Shown here: one piece after another, positions 56,199 through 64,000 of the stretch
How positions within the stretch are numbered: position 1 is the stretch's first letter
Layout: every line of letters starts with the position of its first letter
NCBI GenBank assembly: GCA_964016885.1
Contig: OZ024751.1
Coordinates: forward strand, 7,378,001-7,442,000
Direction of reading: 5' to 3'
DNA length: 64,000 nt
Origin: Eledone cirrhosa
Taxonomy: Eukaryota
Position numbers and translations under genes: made by a program
Notes under the pieces: generated by a model
Told to the model about the DNA's origin: nothing
Databases searched by the model: none
What the model saw: the letters and a program-made list of their open reading frames with translations, nothing else

Positions 56199-56265
56199 AG
56201 TTATATGTTTAAAACGGCCTCATTTACACTGAGTTGACTAACCCTACTTATGTTAATTCCTTTTA

Positions 56266-56299
<34 letters not shown>

Positions 56300-56342
56300 C
56301 AGGAAAGAAGAGTGACACGGTTTGCTATACAAAAAAGGTTTT

Positions 56343-56461
56343 TATTCTCATTGCTGACAATTGTTTCTCTGAACTGGTAGATCGCTACCCGCTTGTTTTC
56401 ACGTTATTCGATCACCAATACAAAGTTATAACCAATCAATTCATCAGAGCTTGTGAGAATG
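56343..56461 (-). ncRNA. Hammerhead ribozyme with extended stem I and long stem II region
   Basis: Reverse complement AUUCUCAcaaGCU-CUGAUGA-(about 73 nt)-GAAAC AAUU GUC-AGCaaUGAGAAU; base of stem II imperfect. Confidence 0.75.
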
Positions 56462-56574
56462 AAAGGAATATACAGGAATATACATCCACTACCCGGAGTA
56501 CCATAACTGGACTACACTTAAGTGGACTACCTATAACAATAATCTGTTACCCCGTATATATATATATATATCGT

Positions 56575-59430
56575 TAAATCATATCTTTACAAAGCTCTTA
56601 CAGACGTTTCCCTTAATGGTGCTCGTCTGAGGCAGATATTAAGGTAATGTTTTAATTATATACCCTATTCCGGTAAAATAATAATTTTACATCACAGTGC
56701 ATATTAAATATACGTGGTTAAGTATAAAACACGGTGGGATGAGATTAGTATGCTAAGGGAGGTAATTACCGATGATACTAAAACGTTTCGTCTCTAACTA
56801 ATGTCCTCTGCCCACTATGTAAAATGTTTTACTTTATTATTTAAAAGGAATTAACATAAGTACGGTTAGTCAACTCAGTGTAAATGAGGCCGTGTTAAGG
56901 TGTGAGTATGAATAATTAGTAAAGTCGTTAAAGACCACACACAGTTTTAACTAGTGCAATGGTGCACGTTAGGTGCGGATCTGCAGGCCTAGAAAAATAA
57001 AGTCAATTTGGATATAATTTGTATATTCATATGAATAATTGTCTAAGAAGTTGCATGGGTATAGGCAGCATTTCTCTAAGATTACCCAAAGACCAGTCAG
57101 GCCAAGTGGAAGAATATAGCGGGGTAGACCCGGTTGAATATAGGCAGTGCGGCTTCCTGGTGGGAAGACAGAGGGTGGATGATGGGGTTATTCCACGTTG
57201 TTTAATGTTACGTCTACCGCCGGTAAGTCAGGCCAGGCTGTGGTGTTGCGAGCATCAGGTGTTGTGGTAGTTATACAGTTGTTGGGGTCCATCTGTGGAA
57301 AGATGATTGTAGTGGATGGCCGAAATTGATGACAGTTTCAGCCCAACTATTTATGAGCTCTTGGGGTAATACAGTTCCATTAGACATAGTTGGCAGCTTT
57401 TTTTAAAATTGTATGGTTTTGCTTGATTCACAATTTCCCAATGAGTGGTGTTAGAGTCATTTCATTGGGTAATATAGTTAGCGAGGGAGGTAGAGTATCT
57501 AAGCTTCCTACTCCTAAAAGAGGGGAGATGTGCTCGAAATCTGGTCTTGAACGCCCCAGAAGTAGCTCCTATGTAATACTTAACACTATTATGACTAGTA
57601 ACCGTGAATCTATATATAAAATTTCTAGTCAAGCAGTAGCCTCGGAGTGGACAGTTTACAGGGTTACGACAATTGCAATGTTGTTTGTTGTCACCTCTAA
57701 AGTGGTGAGTGTTGGTGTTCATCGTATTACTATTAGTATCACCATCACCATAGCTACCATTGTTGTAGTTGGCATTATTATAGCTATAAACACGCGAAAT
57801 GGTGCAACGCTCACCTCTCGTGGTATAGTGTCTTCTACAGCCGTTATTAGAGCTGCTATGGTTTCTAACCCTGTCGTCGGTCACACTACTGCTGCAGCAG
57901 TTAGTTTCTAATGTGGTGCTATTATGTAATCTACTGCTAATACTAATATACCTGTTCTGGTTACTACTATCATTGTCGTGCGGGGCGAGAGAATTGTTAA
58001 GGTTAACCGAGTTGTCATATTCCCTAAAATTCTCATTACTAGCATGTTGTATTCTAGTGAGCTTGCTGTGGTTACTTATTGCTATGAGGTCGGCTAGATT
58101 AGGTGGAGTGGAATTGATTTTTACGTTATTCTTATTGAAGATGTTTCTGTATCTGTGGTTAGGGGCAAAGTTCCTCTCTAAGGCGTCGCAAAAGATACTG
58201 GGTAAATTGGAGACCACACTCCGAGAGTAGGGTGGGGGGGATGGAACCATAGGACATTAGGACGGCGATTACGTATATTTCTGGGGTTACTACGAGGGTT
58301 ATTGCCTTGGTAGGTGTCCCTATAAGGGCTATAGGGATTATGTATAACCTGTGCTCTGTTGGTATTATGCCTGAGTGCACAGGCACACCCAGTGCGGCGG
58401 TTCAGAGTTACCCTAGGCGGATTAGAAGGTGTAGGTAATAAACCGTCACCTTTATTAAGCTTGTAAGCGGGGAATAATTCCAGTAGGCTGCAGTTACTCC
58501 TATTATTAGCCGGACCATGATGGTGGGTGTATGGTAATATATCCGTCCCACTAGCTTTATGGTTATGATGCGGGCCGTAGCTAGTGGCATTATTAGCTCC
58601 TCTAATACCGTTTACGCTTGTAGGGCCGCTGTGGCGTTGGTTATGTGTATGGCTAGCTATAACACTGGAACTACACGAGGGGGCTTTATAGAGCCTGCGA
58701 CATGGAAGTATGAAATGTTGCTGTTATAACCTGAATCAGCCAATGCCTTGTTATAATAATCAGCAGTCTGGTTAAAGAGGTCTTCATTAGCAGAAAGTCT
58801 CGAGATGCTATGTGAGATGCTATACACAATAGAGTTGATTGTATATTTAGGGTGGTTGGAAGCATAGTTGACGTAGGAAAGGACCTCATCAGGCTTGTGG
58901 TATGATCTGTATAAGTCGGTACCTAATTCTAACGTAACATCTAAGAAATTAACTATATTATTTTTGTGGTAGATAGTTACAGAGAGGCCATATGATTTTA
59001 AAGAACTTGTGTATATGTTTATTAAGGTTTTCTATCCTACGGAGGCTATGGTTCTTTACGGTGTCTATCGTCCCTATATACACCGCCTTGAGTCACAGGG
59101 ATCTCGTCTCTAAGTCTGTGCAGGAGGTAAATTCCGACCAGGTCAGTTGCCTGCGCTGAGACACTTGATCCCATCGTGATATCAAAGTTATCAGGACGGT
59201 TAGTTCTGGTCCAGTAGGACCCTCGAAATGAACAATGTTTCTTTTTAGTTAAACTAGTCTTAGATCTAGCTAAGATGAGTGCCTTATTTAAGAGGCGGAG
59301 TAATTGTCTATGTCGAAGTGGATAAATTTCAGAGATGACTTATCAGGTAAATCTGTGAACCATTTAATGACCTGGTCGGTATTGCTTCATAGCTTTACTA
59401 TTAAATTCAGGTATTATCCTATTGAGGATA
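56575..59430 (-). mobile_element. Naiad-type Penelope-like element (RT to GIY-YIG plus 3' UTR), degenerate
   Basis: MGSSVSAQATDLVGIYLL near 59125-59175; VNFLDVTL; YHKPDEVLSYVNYASNHP; ORF 57462..58250 PPYS...CNCRNPVNCPLRGYCL...YYIGATSGAFKTR. Confidence 0.9.
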
Positions 59431-59599
59431 ACTTTTTATAAAAATCGTCATTTTTCTATACTTCACGCCTAGTATTTATTTTTCCTATACATAAAAAAAA
59501 ATGTATATATTGGTTTATATACATCCCATATGATATGTCCCAAGGCTATGATACCATCAATACTATACACACAGAGCTGGCATATCTAATAACTGACTA

Positions 59600-59655
59600 A
59601 CTGCCTGATGAGGTCATAGCCATTCAATGGCTATCATCGAAACATATATAGCAGT
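59600..59655 (+). ncRNA. Hammerhead ribozyme, inverted relative to the adjacent PLE
   Basis: ACUGC-CUGAUGA-GGUcAUAGCCAUucaAUGGCUAUcAUC-GAAACAUAUAUA-GCAGU. Confidence 0.85.
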
Positions 59656-59697
59656 AAATAAAGGATTATGAGTTCATGCAATTGACTTATGTTTCGT

Positions 59698-59776
<79 letters not shown>

Positions 59777-59819
59777 TATATACGTATGTATATATATATA
59801 TATATATATGCATATATAC

Positions 59820-59888
<69 letters not shown>

Positions 59889-59995
59889 CTGTATATATAT
59901 ATTGTGTGTGTGCGTATATATATATATATATATATTTGTATATATATGTATGTATATATATATATGCATATATATGTATGTGTATATATCTATGC

Positions 59996-60117
<122 letters not shown>

Positions 60118-60694
60118 TAAACGAGTGCATGGTTACTGTATTTTTCATTAAATTGCAGGTATTTTCTTTTCTTTCTTACACACTTTTATATTAATATTTA
60201 CAATATTTACAAAAACATACCGGTTATCTTTTCGTAGATGTTATTGTCGTTGTTACCATGGTAACTTTGTAATGAACTTCCCTGTCTTCAATTGTCGCCA
60301 AATATTTGACCACAATTAATTGTTTTTCCTATGTATCTTTTAAGAAATTGTAAGCTGGTACAAGTATGGCACTATCAAATATAACTGGAGGTAATTTACT
60401 TTACTACAGCTCTCTCATTTACTATTCTTAGCTTCCTCCACTGTGTCTCTCACTCTCTAAAGTGCTCACTTACACATCGACTCTCAAACCCCCACCTCAA
60501 ATGTACTCACCCACTTATTTAACAGCATAAAAAACAATTACATTAGTTTATTAGTTCCTTCTTGTATATAACATTCCTTTATATTCCCCCTATCTCAAGT
60601 ATACCGTCTGTTTTCCTTCCTGAGTTTTGTCTCTCTCTTTTTCTCTCTATCTGTACACTTTTCTCTCTTAATATCTTACTCGGTCTCATCAACT

Positions 60695-60836
60695 CTCGCT
60701 TTGTGAAATACACTATATCACTATTTGTTTCAGATGGGGTTTAATATATATGTATATATATATGTAAGTATGTATACGTACATACATATATGTGTACAGA
60801 CGTACAGTAGTATGTATATATACATATACATACATG

Positions 60837-60909
<73 letters not shown>

Positions 60910-62466
60910 GTATGGATTTACCGAACATTTATTATAATGCTCGGTTTGTTTGTAAACAAACATCCCGAATTAAGACGTACAGTGATTAGCAACCATCGTT
61001 GACCTTTTGTTCAATACTGACAAAGGAACGATGTACTAGTTTCAAGCTTATTAGCTATCATCAGCACCGTATACCTTCCTGCCAGATGATTGAACGTCTG
61101 AAATTATATACTTTCCTCATGCATACTAACGGCTGAGCAGCCTAATTTGCATATCGAGTTAGTTAATCGGCCGGGCGCACCGAAAACGATAAATGGATAA
61201 AATGAAACGAAATTTCATTTCTCACTCTTAGTACAGCTGTTACATAAATATAAGTATGTATAAGTACATACAGATATGTATACAGACGTACAGTAATATG
61301 TATATATATATACATACATACACACATATATATATATATGTACGTATGGATTTACCGAACATTTATTATAATGCTGGGTTTGTTTGTAAACAATCATCCC
61401 CAATTATGCCGTACAGTATTTAGCAACCATCGTTGCCCTTTTGTTCAACACTGACAAAGGAACGATTTACTAGTTTCAAGCTTATTAGCTATCGTCAGCA
61501 CCGTATTAGTTTCAAAGATATTATCTATCGTCAGCACCTGATGTTTCTTTACAAACAAACCGAACATTATAATAAATGTTCGGTAAATTCATATGTACAT
61601 ATATATATATGTGTGTGCATGTATGTATATATATATATATATATATATCCATACTACTGTACGTATGTATACATATATGTATGTACGTATACATACTCAT
61701 ATTTAAGTAACAGTCGTACTAAGAGTGAGAAATGAAATTTCGTTTCATTTCATCCATTTATCGTTTTCGGTGAGCCCGGCCTATTAACTCACTCGATATG
61801 CTTTCAGACGTTCAACCATCTGGCAGGAAGGTATACGATGCTGACGATAGCTAATAAGCTTGAAACAAGTAGATCGTTCCTTTGTCAGTATTGAATAAAG
61901 GGTCAACGATGGTTGCTAAACACTGTACGTCTTAATTCGGGTTGTTTGTTTACAAACAAACCGAGCATTATAATAAATGTTCGGTAAATCCATACGTATA
62001 TATATATATATATGTGTGCATGTATGTATATGCATATATACATACTACTGTACGTCTGTACACATATATGTATGTACGTATACATACTTATATATATATA
62101 TACATATATATTAAACCCCATCTGAAACAAATAGTGATATAGTGTATTTCACAAAGCGACGATGCAGACGATAGCTAATAAGCTTGAAACTAGTACATCG
62201 TTCCTGTGTCAGTGTTGAACAAAAAGGTGACGTGGTTGCCTAAACACTGTACGGCGTAATGTTTACAAACAGACAAACCGAGCATTATAATAAATGTTCC
62301 GTAAACCGATACGTGCATATATATGTGTGCATGTGTGTATATATATACATACTACTGTACGTATGTATACATATATGTATGTAAGTATACATACATACAT
62401 ACTTACATCTAAGTAAGTGCCGTACTAAGAGTGAGAAATGAAATTTCGTTTCATTCTATTCCATTC

Positions 62467-62470
<4 letters not shown>
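60695..62470. mobile_element. Largest family A array: two minus units, fold-back, then plus units
   Basis: HHRs at 61028..61070 and 61462..61504 (-, period 434), 61507..61538 (partial), 61835..61877 and about 62158..62201 (+). Confidence 0.9.
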
Positions 62471-62500
<30 letters not shown>

Positions 62501-62689
62501 TTATAAATATGTAATTATGTCTGTATCAGTTATACAGTTTTGCAATACACACACACTTATAGATACACGTAGATACATAGATAGATAGAGATCGATATAG
62601 AGATAGATCGGTAAACGCGAAGATGTGTTCTCAATATATTTCTCTTTCTCTTAGTATTATAGACTTTCTTTATTTTCCACATATACACA

Positions 62690-62710
62690 CACACACACAC
62701 TCCCTCTCTC

Positions 62711-62762
<52 letters not shown>

Positions 62763-63265
62763 TCTATATCTCTCTCTTTCTCTCTCTGTCTCTCTCTCTC
62801 TCTCTCTCTCCTCTGTCCTATATAATGTGTACATGTGTTTACGTAAATATGATTCTCTCACATTCTTCTTTCTGTCTTTACATTTCCTTTCCTGATTCAC
62901 CCTCTGTCACACTCTCCCCTTAATAGCGATATCATTGCCTCTCTTTCTCACACTTCTCCTCTTCTCTTTCACACATCCCTCTCTCTCTTTCACTCTCACT
63001 CTCTCTCTTTCGCTTTTACTCTCTCTCTTTCACGCCTTTCTCTCTCTGTTTCGCTTTCACTCGCTCTCTCTCTTTTACGCCTTTCTCTGTCTCTTTCGCT
63101 TTCTCTCTCTCTCTCTCTGTCTCTCTCTCTTTCTCTCTTTCTCTTTGACTATTTCATTTTGTCTTTAACTATCTTTCGCTTTCGCCGTTTCACTCTCACT
63201 CACTCTCTTTCCCTCGTTCGCTTTCTCCCTCTCAATCTATTTCACTCCCCGTCCTCCCCTCTCTC

Positions 63266-63315
<50 letters not shown>

Positions 63316-63420
63316 ATTCTGTCTCTTACACTCTCTTTTATTTTCTTTCTCTCTCCCTCGTTCTCCGTTTCTCTCTCTCGTTCTTTGTTTCTCTCTCTCT
63401 CTCTCTCCCTCTCTCACTCT
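62690..63420. repeat. (CT)n and degenerate polypyrimidine tract
   Basis: Long ctct and ctttc runs; poly-SL/ER ORFs are artefacts. Confidence 0.95.
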
Positions 63421-64000
63421 GATGTCTCTGTTCGAGAGCTTTACTCTCTTTTTACTTCAATCATTTGTACATATCTTCCTTCACACAAGATCACGACCGC
63501 TTCACAAGGCGGTAAAGGGAAAACGTTTGTGGTTTGAGGATTGCAGAGCGCGCAAACAGCACATGTTAGGTACACGCAGTTGTGAACAGTAACGAGAGTA
63601 AAAATTGAAATATGCTGTATATTAGCGAGCATGTTGCATGACATATGACATTGTACTAATATATCTGAGCGCGTAATTCTTGCTAAATAGTCAGAGAAAG
63701 AGATAGCTCCCTTTTGAACAGGTTTCCTCGGATATACTACTATAAATTCCTTTTATTATTATTATTAATCATATTTTGGTTACTTGTGTAATGTTTTGTA
63801 GTGAAATCACGCAAAGTAACGTTTCGCAAAAATGCATCACCACGCAACGCGTTCACCTCTATAGGAAAGAATTTACACAACGAATTTATTTAAATTTCAT
63901 CACATTACACATTTCCACTTCGGTCTTCTCTCTTCTTTCATTCCTTCTTTCATGTTTTCCTCCCTGCTTGCGTTTCTATCCACGACCTTTCATTCCTTAG

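Noticed and set aside
63430-64000. Unique sequence at the window end with short ORFs
   Set aside because: No recognisable domain, RNA motif or repeat partner in the window.

Overview
AT-rich animal genomic DNA with no host protein-coding exon that I can support. The SINE types, RTE/Penelope content and heavy (TA)n/(CA)n/(CT)n load suggest an octopus or other cephalopod (inference). Almost every non-microsatellite block is a mobile-element relic sitting in or next to a (TA)n tract: RTE-group, CR1/L2-group and Tx1/L1 LINE fragments, Penelope-like elements (PLEs; Naiad-type and Neptune-type), Helitron pieces and tRNA-derived SINEs. The main hidden signal is RNA structure. Folding by eye finds more than 30 type I hammerhead-ribozyme (HHR) motifs, intact or degenerate, from about a dozen unrelated sequence families. 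Several lie in short non-coding tandem units (about 434, 317, 300 and 520 nt) with one HHR per unit, which is the architecture of non-LTR retrozymes. Two families carry a compensatory U3-A8 catalytic core (UUGANAA instead of CUGANGA), one group has an extra nucleotide after A9, several have very long stem II insertions, and the 434-nt family has a conserved octamer plus TATA-like module upstream of its HHR. Many inserts are fold-back (inverted) duplications, some perfect palindromes. All folds were read manually; no cleavage activity, expression or database novelty has been tested.
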